NCBI RefSeq assembly: GCF_006345805.1
Contig: NC_043019.1
Coordinates: 15,251,360-15,315,359 of the forward strand
Direction: 5' to 3'
Length of the DNA stretch: 64,000 nucleotides
Source: Octopus sinensis
Taxonomy: Eukaryota
The number at the start of each line of letters is the position of its first letter. Position 1 is the first letter of the stretch. The translations under genes and the position numbers were made by a program. Below the pieces are notes generated by a model. It was given only the letters and a program-made list of their open reading frames with translations. It made no database searches and was not told where the DNA came from. Below are positions 51,458 to 63,824 of this stretch, in pieces.

Positions 51458-51488
51458 GTAATTTGAATTTATATTATATATGTATATG

Positions 51489-51535
<47 letters not shown>

Positions 51536-51631
51536 TATAATAATATATATATATATATTATGTATGTATATGTATGTGTATTATATATGTATGTATGTAT
51601 ATGTATATATATTATGTATATTGTATGTATG

Positions 51632-51665
<34 letters not shown>

Positions 51666-51778
51666 ATATATATATATGTTTAGTATGTGTATATATATAT
51701 ATATACCGAGTAAAAACATAAATGTGAAACAAGGTGGAAAAAAGAGTACTCAAATACCAGTGGTAGGATAATGCTTTA

Positions 51779-51922
51779 TTTTAAGCAGCAGAAAATTCAA
51801 CAAAATCTGTTACTCGGGGTTCTCGTTGCCGTTCATCAGACAGTTTTTGCTAGAAACTGTCTGATGAACGGCAACGAGAAACCCAGAGTAACAGATTTTG
51901 TTGAATTTTCTGCTGCTTAAAA
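51779..51922. repeat. Near-perfect palindrome, ~68-bp arms, 7-nt loop (inverted Penelope-like pLTR ends)
   Basis: 51779-51846 versus 51854-51922 differ only by one substitution and one indel near tactcggggttctc. Confidence 0.93.
51857..51894 (+). ncRNA. Type-I hammerhead ribozyme motif
   Basis: CTGT CTGATGA ACG gcaa CGA GAAAC ccaga GTA ACAG: canonical core, GNRA loop II, GUA triplet (cleavage after 51890), stem I CTGT/ACAG. Stem II is weak (A.A closing). Confidence 0.65.
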
Positions 51923-51924
51923 AA

Positions 51925-51966
<42 letters not shown>

Positions 51967-52836
51967 TGTATGTATGTATGTGTATATATATATAGAAAAC
52001 TCTAAATGTTGGCACATTGTGTACTTGAACAAGACACTTTATTTCACATTGCTTCAGTTCACTCACCTGGCAAAAATAGATTGTACCTGTAATTCAATGG
52101 GCTGGCATTGTTGCATTATGTGTCATGCTGAATCTCCCTGAGAACTATGTTAAAGGTCAATGTGTCTGTGGAGTGCTCAGCCACTTGTAGGTTAATTTCA
52201 ATGAGCAAGCTCTTCCGTTGATTGGCTCAACTGGAACCTTTATTGTTGTAATCGACAAAGTGTCAGTTAGTATGTGTGTATATCATCATCATCATCATTA
52301 TCATCATCATCATCGTTTAACGTCCGTTCTCCATGCCAGCATGGTTGGACGGTTTGACCAGGGTCTGGGAAGCCAGGAGGCTGCACCAGGCTCCAGTCTG
52401 ATCTGGCAGTGTTTCTACAGCTGGATGCCCTTCCTAATGCCAACCACTCCGTGAGTGTAGTGGGTGCTTTTTACATGCCACCGGCACTGGTGCCAGGGGA
52501 GCCTGGCAAACGGCCACGATTGGTTTATGCTTTTTACGTGCCACCGGCACAGAAGCCAGTCAAGGTGGCACTGGCATCGGCCACATCAAAGGACATGCTA
52601 GGTATGTGTACTGAGGAAGGTGAGGCTATAATGCCAGTCCAGAAACCAGTCCACACAAGTCCAAATACTTGAATGTTTGCTGAGAGATTGCCTTAGCCCA
52701 TTTGCCTTCAGCTGGTTGATTTCTGTAGTTATTATCAGTGTATTTTGGCAATTTAAATAAGAGTTTTGACTGTTATTTTCAGCAGGTAGATATACTTAGT
52801 ATGCCCTTTGATTAATTTTAATCCTTCTGCTATTTA

Positions 52837-53047
52837 ATACTCATTTTAATCGTTACTCATTTTAATCGTCACTCATTTTAATCGTCACTCATTTTAATCA
52901 TCACTCATTTTAACTGTCACTCATTTTAATCATCACTCATTTTAACCATCACTCATTTTAATCATCACTCATTTTAATCATCACTCATTTTAATCATCAC
53001 TCATTTTAATTGTCACTCATTTTAATCATCACTCATTTTAATCATCA
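52837..53047. repeat. 16-bp minisatellite (cactcattttaatcat) x ~13
   Basis: Direct reading. Confidence 0.95.
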
Positions 53048-53287
53048 ACTTCAAAAAATCAAATCCTAAAGCTTTTTTTATTGTTTTTTTTTTGTGTGTG
53101 TTTTTGTTTTTTGTCTTTTAGTGTTGATGGGAAAAACTAAATCTTTGTGATAGGAAAATATCACCATTTACATGTTTTGGTTGAAGCAAAAGTTAATGAT
53201 TCTGTGAGGAATATAAAACATTGCTTGACCTTTCTCTGGCTTTTTAGATCTTTCAACACTGACACTCTGTGTGTGTGTATGCGTGTG

Positions 53288-53318
<31 letters not shown>

Positions 53319-54123
53319 TTGTGTGTGTGTGTGCGCATGTATGCGTGTATATGTGTGTTTTTGTGTGTGTTTGTGCGTGTATGTGTATCTATATGTGCAT
53401 GCATGTGTGTATATTTGTGTGTGTGTGTGTGCGCATGTATATATGTGTGTGTATATATATGTGTGTGTGTGTATGTATGCATGTGTTGTGAGAGTGTGTG
53501 CATGTGCATGTATATGTGTGTATGTGTGTGTGTACGTATGGGTGTGTATGTATATGCATGTGTGTGTTTGTGTCTATGTATGTGCATATGTGTGCGTGTG
53601 TTCCTGTGAGGAATAGACGAAAGAAGAAGAGAGGGGAATACTCTGCTACACCCTTTCCTTACTAGTACTATTGTTAAATTAGGGGACATATTTCTAGCAT
53701 AGCCTTAAAGGGGTCACTTAGTAAAGATCACACACAAACTTCTACAGCGAAGGCAATTTTGTTGTTGTTTTTGTAATTGTTGATGGTGTTGTTGTTGTTG
53801 ATGTTTAGCATCAGATCAGCTCTGATACTGCTGATCAAAGACATTCCCAATATGACCATCCTATCTTGTTTTTTGTTACATACAAGGAATTGAGGGTCAC
53901 ATTACCCAGTGTGTTTTTTTAAGATGGAGAGGTGTGACTTGGGGGAGGTTTTGGCTGTTATCTTTAGCATGTTGAAGCTACCTTCCTGTTTGCTCATATT
54001 GGTTGTGGCATTGGTGATGGTATTTGTGATGCTGCTAACCATTTTGATGCCGATAAACTTGAGACAGCCCCTAATCTGAGTAGAGCCAATCCCTTATCCA
54101 AGTGGGACAATAGCTGATTTCTT

Positions 54124-54154
<31 letters not shown>

Positions 54155-54679
54155 CACACACACACGCATACATGCACACACACAACACACATGCTCATAC
54201 CCCTCACACACACACACACAAACTCACACACATGCACATATATTCGCAGACACATACGCACACATACACATGTACACACAAAGGAGGAGAAGGAGGATGA
54301 GGAAGAGTAGGAGGTAAAGGTGGGGAGGAGGAAGAGAAGAGAGAAGAAGAAGAAAAAGAAGAGGAGGAGGAGGAGGAGGACGAAAAGAAGAAGAAGAGAA
54401 GGAAAGAGAGGAGAAGAGAAGAAGAAGAGAGTACAGAAGGAAGAAAGAAAGAAGAAAAGAAGAGAAAAGAAAGAATGAAGAAAAAGAAAGAAAAGAAAGG
54501 AGAAAGAAGAAAGAAAGAAAGAAAAAGATAAGAAGAAAAAGAAAAAAAAAAGAAAGAAAGAAGAAGAAAAAAGAAAGAAAAAGAAAGAAATAAAGAAAGA
54601 AGAAAAGAAGAAAGGAAAGAAAGAAAGAAAGAAAGAAAGAAAGAAACCCAGTCCTTAACTACCAATATTTTTGCTGCAG

Positions 54680-54780
54680 TTACTGACTTGCAACAGTTGC
54701 AAAAGAGAACTCAGTCGGTTTCTAAGTTCTTGGAGTCTTGGAGTATCTGCAGAATTCCTGGTCCCAGCCCTGTCTTTTAA
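54680..54780 (+). CDS. Candidate exon (plus phase 1: xTDLQQLQKRTQSVSKFLESWSICRIPGPSPVF*; or minus 54769-54688: xAGTRNSADTPRLQELRNRLSSLLQLLQ)
   Basis: Plus acceptor atatttttgctgcag; minus acceptor ...aaaagacag and donor CAA|gtcagt. The two frames are in codon register, so the strand is unresolved. Confidence 0.25.
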
Positions 54781-56964
54781 ACGAAACCAATTAAAAGAAT
54801 TTATAGAATTAGAAGAAAAATAAATAAGTCTTGTGTTTCTGTAGATTTTATCAAAATAATATTTCTGTATTTTAATACAGTCTTGCATTCTTATGTTGCC
54901 AAGAATTTAGGAATGTCAGAATGTCACCATCGCTGCCACCCTACCCCTTTGCCCAGAAATATACAGGTTCTCAACGGTAGCCCCCCCAGCCCCTAATTAT
55001 CACCACCACAACCACTGCCTCTGACACCGGCGGCAGCAGCAGTAGCAACACCACCACCACCACCACCATCACAACCACTACCACTATAACCATCATCACC
55101 ACCATCACCACCACCACCACCACCACCACCACCACCACCACCACCACCAAAACCACTACCACCACCACAGCTACCAGCACCACAACCACCATCACCAGTC
55201 CCAAACAAAACCAGAAAAATTTCATAAGCCTCTGAAGGAGCCTCAAGGTGATCATTTGATCTGCTGAAAATAGAAGCCAAAATCTCCCTCAGAGCACACT
55301 AAACTCACCATCATCATCATTGTTTAACGTCCGCTTTCCATGCTAGCATAGGTTGGACGATTTGACTGAGGTCTGGCAAAGCAGATTGCTGCACCAGACT
55401 CCAGTCTGATCTGGCAGAGTTTCTACAGCTGGATGCCCTTCCTAATGCCAACCACTCCGAGAGTGTAGTGGGTGCTTTTATGTGCCACTGGCACGAGGGC
55501 CAGTCAGGCGGGTTCTGGCAACAGCCATGCTCAAATGGCGCTTTTCATTGCCACCTACACAGGAGCCAGTCCAGCAGCATTGGCAACGACCTCGCTCGAA
55601 TGTTTGTTTTCACGTGCCACCAGCACAAGTGCCAGTAAGGCGACGCAGGTAATGATCATGCATGAATGGTGCTTTTTACATGCCACCGGCACGGACACCA
55701 GTCAGCTGCTCTGGCAACGACCACACTCGTATGGTACTCTTAGCGCTCCACTAGCATGGGTGCCAGTCATTGAATTTGTTTTTGATTTCGATTTCAATTT
55801 CACTTGCCTCAACAGGTCTTCACAAGCAGAGTTTAGTGTCCAATGAAGGAAAGCTATGCATTATATAAGCGAGCCAGTTACACCCCTGGCATAGGCCATG
55901 AGGTTATGGTCCCACTTGGCTTGCCTGGTCTTCTCAAGCACACCATATTTCCAAAGGTACCAGTCACTAGTCATTGCCTCAGTGAGGCCTAATGTTCGAA
56001 GGTTGTGCTTCAATCCTTTCTACTATAGACACAACGCTTGGAGTTTGTAGGGGTGGGGTGAGAGCTGAAAATAGTGACCCCAGTGTTTGACTGGTACTTA
56101 TTTTATCGACCCCAAAAAGATGGAAAACAAAATTGACCTCCTTAAGATTTGAACTGCTCCAAGTATTTTGTCACCATCACCACTTCCACCACTACCACCA
56201 TTACCACCAACAACACCACCATAGCTACCAATACCACCACCACTACTACCACCAACACCAACACCACTGCCACTACCACCACTACTACCACCACCACCAC
56301 CATCATCACCACCACCACCGCCACCACCACCACCACCACCACCACCACCAGCACCCAAATTCCTTCTCGTTCATTCCTGCTCAGTGGAATTTGCTTACAA
56401 ACAAAACTGAAATATTTAAATAATTAGTCATGACTAATTAATTAATTATAAACAAAACTGTCAATTTATTCTTGTTGCCGTCATCAACATGGCTGCTGTT
56501 GTTGTTGTTGTTCTTCTTGTTGCTGGTGTTGATGTCAATTGTTGCTTCCTGTTAATATTCCCAGCAGGATGGCAGAAATAATAGAATCCTCAAATAAAAC
56601 TCTCCTTGTGGTAAGAAGTTTGCTTCCCAACCACAAGGTTCCAGGTTCAGTCCCACTGCACGGCCCCTGGGGCAAATGTCTTCTACTATTAAGTGCAACA
56701 AAATGGTTCATATTTGGTTGATAAAAAATGTAATGGCAAGTATTTATTGACCTTTATAAAAACACAGACACACAAGCACACACATATATATACATATAAA
56801 TATATACGACGGGCTTCTTTCAGTTTCCATCTACCAAATCCACTCACAAGGCTATGGTTGGCCTGATGCTATAGCAGAAGACACTTGCCCAAGGTTCCAC
56901 GCAGTGGGACTGAACCTGGAACTATGTGGTTGGTAAAATCGGCACAAACTTTCCGGACAACCCA

Positions 56965-57520
56965 ATATTTTTAAGCGACACACAGTTGCTGATCTCATAA
57001 AGAGAAAAACAGCTTATTTTAAATCTCCGAGCGAGAGATCTGCAGCAACAGTACCGAATTGTAAAGTTTATTTGCCCAGAGAATGTTGCAGTCCTATACA
57101 AGGACGATATTACTGTTGCTTAGCTCCAGGAAAACCTCTTTTCCAGTTGGCTATCAACACACAGTTTGTGTCTGTAAAGTGTAAGTCATCGCTCCCATCT
57201 CTAGCCCTACGTGATACTGACAGACCTAGGTTTCTGGGGTTTTTTTCCATCCTCGGTGCTAGACAACCACAGGCTAGTGATGGAGACTCACTAAACTTGC
57301 TTACACTATATATTTTTTAAGTGACACACAGTTGCTGATCTCATAAAGAGAAAAACAGCTTATTTTAAATCTCTGAGCGAGAGATATGCAATAACACTAC
57401 CGAATTGTAAGGTTTATTTGCCCAGAGAATGTGGCAGTCCTATACAAGGACAATATCATTGCTGTTTAGCCCCAAGAAAACATCTTTTCTAGCTGGTTTG
57501 TGTCCATATAGTGTAAGCAC
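56965..57520. repeat. Tandem duplication, ~346-bp period, two diverged ~210-bp copies
   Basis: aagygacacacagttgctgatctcataaagagaaaaacagc at ~56971 and ~57319. Confidence 0.88.
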
Positions 57521-58065
57521 AAAGCCATACGTTCTATATTCTCCCAAGAAAATTCATAACAACTGCATGCCACTTTTGGAGGACCTGATAATACAGGAAA
57601 GAACGGTCTGATGCCCTTCATTATCATGTTGATATGAGGATCCATACTTTACAATACTCTCAACATTCCCTGACCTCCATTCACACAAAAACAGTATGGT
57701 CATTTGACATTCTCATTCCTGTCCTCTATAAATTTGTGTCTTTGGATATAAACAAAAAAATCAATATATTTAAAATACTATATTGATCTCATGTTGTAAT
57801 CTATATTTTTAAAACCAGAAACGCACACATATACAAGCCCGCTTATATTTCAAGGCCATTATAAAATCTTTATGCATTTCTGAGTTAGACTTTTTTTTAA
57901 AACTTTGGTTTTTGTATGGAAAGAATGGGTAGATAATAATTAGAAGCCTGATACATTGATTTTATCATTGTTAAGGAAAAGGGAAAGAGGGAGACAGATA
58001 GGAAGAGAGAAGCGGATAGAAAAAAGCTAATTAAGATTGAGGAAGATAAAAGAAGAGAGAGATAG

Positions 58066-58114
<49 letters not shown>

Positions 58115-58252
58115 AGATGGAAAAAGAAAGGAAAAGAGATAGGAAAGAGGAAATAGAAATATAGTAATGCATAGATAGATGGATAGATAGACAGAAAGAC
58201 AGACAGACAGACAGATAGATAGACAGACAGATAGATAGACAGAAAGACAGAC

Positions 58253-58319
<67 letters not shown>

Positions 58320-58380
58320 TAGATAGACAGACAGACAGACAGATAGATAGACAGACAGATAGATAGACAGACAGACAGAC

Positions 58381-58503
<123 letters not shown>

Positions 58504-58524
58504 TAGATAGACAGACAGACAGAC

Positions 58525-58583
<59 letters not shown>

Positions 58584-58612
58584 TAGATAGACAGACAGCC
58601 AGACAGACAGAC

Positions 58613-58679
<67 letters not shown>

Positions 58680-58700
58680 TAGATAGACAGACAGACAGAC

Positions 58701-58759
<59 letters not shown>

Positions 58760-58988
58760 TAGCTAGATAGACAGACAGACAGACAGATAGGGGATAATAT
58801 ATAAGGAGTAGACAACTACCATATATATAATATCTTGGCTTTTCAAGTCGTTTCAATGTAAGTTGTTCTCGATTCTACGTCAGTTTTCAAATCTAATAAA
58901 AATGGAAAAATAAAAATCAAGTCAAGACATTTTACTTGACATTATGTCTATCTGTAAATGTAATATGTGACAATTATTCGGTAGCCAT

Positions 58989-59049
58989 GATAAAACTCCG
59001 AGTTTCGGATGCCAGGGTGGAAATCCACGCTGCCATCTCTTCAGTTATC
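58989..59049 (-). ncRNA. Type-I hammerhead ribozyme motif with long stem II
   Basis: Minus strand reads GATAA CTGAAGA GATGGCAGCGTGG attt CCACCCTGGCATCC GAAAC tcgga GTT TTATC: canonical core, stem I GATAA/TTATC, ACT/AGT stem III. Confidence 0.6.
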
Positions 59050-59342
59050 CGGCCATTGGAAAAATGCTATGAAAATGACCGTTAAACAAATACAGGACAG
59101 GCTTTCTTTCAGTTTCTGTCTACCAAATCCACTCACAAGGCTTTGGTTGGCCTGAAACTATAGCAGAAGACACTTAACCAAGGTGCCACGCAGTGGGATT
59201 GAACCCGGAACCATGTGGGTGGGAAGCAAGATTCTTACCACACAGCCATGCCTCTGCCAATATACACACTGGAGAGAAAGAGAGAGGGGGAAGAGAGGAG
59301 GAGAGAGAGGGAGACAGAGAGAGAGCGAGGGAGAGAGAGAGA

Positions 59343-59373
<31 letters not shown>

Positions 59374-59434
59374 GAGGAGAGAGGAGGAGAGAGGGAGAGA
59401 GAGAGATGAGAGAGGGGGAGGAGAGAGGAGAGGA

Positions 59435-59509
<75 letters not shown>

Positions 59510-60198
59510 CGAGTGAAGGAGAGAAAGCCAGACCTTTCCGCTGCAAAATGTGATGTGAGTCATCATTTGTTGTCGATAATAATTTGAGGGAGAATTGACT
59601 GCTATTTTTATCAGGTGTTGCCTACTGCACCGAAAGAGGTCTCCCTCACTGACTCAGAATTATGCCTCATGTGTAACTCGTAGCTGTAACAATCAGATCG
59701 ATTTCTCTTCCTGAAACAGCTGGTTAGCCTTTCTCTGGATCAATCAATATAGTAGATCTGGATGACCTGACAAGGTGATCAATGATGACATAGATGAGAC
59801 AATCAGCACCCCACCCCATCTCCCCCACCCCAAAACCCCACCCAACCCTTCTCCTTCCCACCAGTGCAACCAACCAGTAGTAAATTGGTTTCAAGTTTCT
59901 GGGACAGGGCCAGCATGTTCAGGGGAGGAGGGTAAGTCAATTACATTGACCCCAAGTATTTAACTGCTATGTATTTTATCAATCCCAAAAGGTCAAAAGG
60001 CAAAGTTGACCCTGGCTGCATTTGAACTCAGGACATAAAGTTGGAAGAAACATCACTGAGCATTTTGTCCAACCACCACACCAGCCAGCCAACAATCTGT
60101 GCATTCAAACTCCTGTGTGAGTCACCCAGGAAGCTTGTATGCGGTCACTCAATGAGCTAGAAATAACAGTCAAATTTCCTTTAAATCACACCTTGTAG

Positions 60199-60353
60199 CA
60201 GTGGTTCTCAACCTTTTTAATATTCGGGCCATACCTAAAACCTGTTCTGTTTTTTTTTTTATATATATTTGTAGAGAGAAGATGGTTGGGAGCTTGCTGG
60301 AAGGATGGTCGAGGGCTGCATGTGGCCCTGAGGACCACTGCTGAGAACTACTG
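60199..60353. mobile_element. hAT-like MITE
   Basis: Termini CAGTGGTTCTCA / TGAGAACTACTG. Confidence 0.55.
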
Positions 60354-61038
60354 CTTTATAATCTTAACCAGTACCTCAGAGTCTAATTGGAAGCTTATCA
60401 TTATCATCTTCATCATTTAACGTTTATTTTCCATCCTGGAATGGGTTGAATGGTTTGATGGGAGCTGGCCAGGCTCCATGTCAGTTTTGGCAAGGTTTCT
60501 ATGACTGGATGCCCTTCCTAATGCCAACCACTTTACAAAGTGTACTGGGTGCTTTTACACAGCACTGGTATGGGTGCTATTACATGGCACCACCAAGGGT
60601 GCTTTTTACGTGGCACCAGTGGCACCCATGAGCCTGCAAGACTAGCAACACTCAGCTGAAGAGGGATGCAGGGGACATGCCTAGATGCAAGGACAATCAC
60701 GTATTTACTTGATGTGTCTCCTCAAATACAGCAACCCATCAAAATCTCAGACCCTTGTCATCCCTTCTGTGAGGTCCAATGTCTGAAGATCCTTTCTCAC
60801 CATCCCTCCACCGTGAGAGATTGGCACTCCATGATGCAGCTGTCTTCATCCACATACATTATATGACTGTGCAGGAGTGGCTGTGTGGTAAGTAGCTTGC
60901 TTACCAATCACATGGTTCCGGGTTCAGTCCCACTGCATGGCACCTTGGGCAAGTGTCTTCTACTATAGCCTTGGGCCGACCAAAGCCATGTGAATAGATT
61001 TGGTAGACGGAAACTGAAAGAAGCCTGTCGTATATATG

Positions 61039-61071
<33 letters not shown>

Positions 61072-61261
61072 GTTTGTCCTCCCAACATCGCTTGACAACC
61101 GATGCTGGTGTGTTTACGTCCCCATAACTTAGCGGTTTGGCAAAAAAGACCGATAGAATAAGTACTAGGCTTACAAAGAATAAGTCCCAGGGTCGATTTG
61201 CTCGACTAAAGGCAATGCTCTAGCATGGTCGCAGTCAAATGACTGAAACAAGTAAAAGAGT

Positions 61262-61475
61262 ACCAACGCTGCCTTCTCTCTTCCACACCATGTCTGATGT
61301 CTCATCTTCCCAGTTTTTCTCTCAAATCACGTACACCCTCTTGTACACGCACACTGACATTACCCGTCCAGTGGCGTATACTGGTTGCATTTGAAGCCTT
61401 CGCATGTCCTCAGCAGCCACAGCCCATTTCTCACTGCCATGTAGCATAGCTGTTGAACAGATTTCATACACAGTC
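61262..61475 (-). pseudogene. RTE LINE RT C-terminal fragment
   Basis: AMLHGSEKWAV..EDMRRL...LREKLG..IRHGVEERRQRWY, with stops and frameshifts. Confidence 0.75.
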
Positions 61476-61789
61476 ATATTATTTTATTACCTTTTTGTGT
61501 GTTTACACTGAAAAATTTTCCCAAACAAAAAACCAATCAACAACCAGTCTTCAAATTAACCATTTTTCTCTATAAGTCAACAAGGAAGCTTCTATGTTGT
61601 CACTCAATAAGCTAGAAATAACAGCCAAATCTCTTTTAGATGACATCTTTAAAAATCACAGTCTTTAAAAATGGATTAACATATTGGATAATGTAGTCCT
61701 AGATACATTATGCTGGAAATTGTTAAAAAAAAGGCTTCTACTCATGTAAAATTCACACCCATTGGAGCCAGAGGACCCTGTCCTACTTT

Positions 61790-62048
61790 GAAGGAGATTA
61801 GGGTTTTGTATTCCTAAAGCTGAAGGAGAACCTCAGGGTCAGTCGTTTTGAAGACATTGGGAAGATGAAGGAGGCTGTGACAATGGTCTTTGGAGGACTT
61901 CTATGGGGGCGTTCACTGAATGTCTGGAGCATTGCAAAGAGTGCATTGGTGTCAGAGGATCCTGCTTTGAAAAAGATTAGAGTTTTTGTATTTCTTTGAA
62001 ATTAAAATCTCTCCTGCAAAGTCTCAGGACTTCTGGAATGCACCTTGT
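61790..62048 (+). mobile_element. Mariner 3' fragment (transposase C-terminus plus TIR)
   Basis: PKLKENLRVSRFEDIGKMKEAV...GAFTECLEHCKECIGVRGSCFEKD*, resembling FPKLK..LRG.RF...EEMKEAV. Confidence 0.7.
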
Positions 62049-62989
62049 CATAGTTAATTAGATTTCGTGCTTTATCCATAAGCGTGGGAGAGCAGGTGAT
62101 GATAGAAGCAATAGGAAAGCACTGCTGCATCTTTTCCAAGAAAAATTCTTGAATCTTTAGCATGGTGGTCCAAGACTGCCAATTCCTGCAAAACAGATGG
62201 AACAAGGAATCGTCTTTGCACATAATACTGGTTTCATGTTTTGGCACAAGGCCAGCAATTTCAGAAGGTGGAGAGGGAATAAGACAATTACATCGACCCC
62301 AGTGCTCAACTGGTACTTATTTTATCAATCTCGAAAGGATGAAAGGCTAAGTCAACCTCGACGGAATTTGAACTCAGAACTTATGGACTGACGAAACACC
62401 CGCTAAGCATTTTGCCCAGCATGCTAACGAAGTCTGTCAGCCCCTCCGACCTAATTTTTGCACGTAATATCAAAACTTAATTTTCCCCTCCTTTCTTTCT
62501 CCCTCCTTCTCTCTCTTCCTCTCTGCCTCTCTCTCTTTTTCTTGCTACTCTCTCACTATACCACACACCTCGTTGCACACACACACACACGTACAAATCG
62601 AAACTTATTCAAAGTTTTTACTTTTTTTCCTGCATTTTATTATTACTCAAAAAATGCTGACCTAATTACACTAAGGTTTTCTTTTAATATTTGTATTTAC
62701 ATTGTGCAAAAAATATATAAATTTATAGATATATATATATATATTATAAAAAAAAGAAAAAGATTTCTATAACCGAGAGGTGGTGGCGGTGGGGAAAGGG
62801 GGTGGTGGTGGAATGAGGTGTTGATGGTGTTGATGGTGGTGATGATGATAGTGGTGGTGGTGGTGGTGGTGGTGGGGTGGGTATTTAGTATGTACAAACA
62901 TGTCTGACAGCTTTCTGCCTTGTTGTGCAGTGTGACAGCTGACAAGCAATGGTGGTGGCTTCGGCTGAACCTGGGCAAGTATTTAGGAG

Positions 62990-63590
62990 AAGGAAGGAAA
63001 AGAAAGAGAAGAGAAGAAAAGAAAAGAAAAGAAAAGAAAGAAAAGAAAAGAGAGAAAAGAAGTGAGCAGAAAAGAAAGAGAAGAAAAGAAATAAAAGAAA
63101 AGAAGGGAAAGAGTGAAGAAAAGTGAGAAGAAAAGAAAGAAAAGAAAAGAAAAGAAAAGAGTGAAGAAAAGTGAGAAGAAAAGAGAAGAAAGAAAAGAGT
63201 GAAGAGAAGTGAGGAGAAAAGAAAGAGAAGAAAAGAAAAGAAATAAAAGAAAAGAGAGAAAAGAGAAGAGAAGAAAAGAAATAAAAGAAAAGAAGGGAAA
63301 GAGTGAAGAAAAGTGAGAAGAAAAGAAAAGAAAAGAAAAAAAAAGAAAAGAGTGAAGAGAAGTGAGGAGAAAAGAAAGAGAAGAAAAGAAAAGAAAAGAA
63401 ATAAAAGAAAAGAAATAAAAGAAAAGAGAGAAAAGAGAAGAGAAGAAAAGAAATAAAAGAAAAGAGAGAAAAGAAAGAAAATAAAAGAAAAGAAAGAAAG
63501 AAAAGAGTGAAAAGAAGGGAGGAGAAAAGAGAGAAGAGAAAGAACGAAGAGAAGAGAAGAGAAAGAGGGAGGGTGAGAGCAAGAGGGAGA
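62990..63590. repeat. Polypurine (GAAAA/GAGAA) tract with higher-order repeats
   Basis: Direct reading; other polypurine/polypyrimidine tracts at 32040-32430, 45210-45600, 54280-54645 and 63780-64000. Confidence 0.95.
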
Positions 63591-63792
63591 GAGAGGTGTG
63601 TGGGACTGAGTTTGTTGCAGTTGTTGTTGTTGTTTCTCTTCAAACTTTGCAGCAGACACCAAAAACACAAAAACTCTGATATTTCACTGGTTGTAAATAT
63701 TTATTTAGTTACATAAAACCCTTTCTTATCTTCCACCATTTTCTCATCTTAACACCAAGTGTGCACCTACAGGCTCGCTTTCTTTCCTACCT

Positions 63793-63824
<32 letters not shown>

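Noticed and set aside
53969-54079. 36-aa hydrophobic smORF MLKLPSCLLILVVALVMVFVMLLTILMPINLRQPLI
   Set aside because: The hydrophobicity arises from degenerate GTG/GAT triplet repeats next to a SINE fragment; there is no other support.
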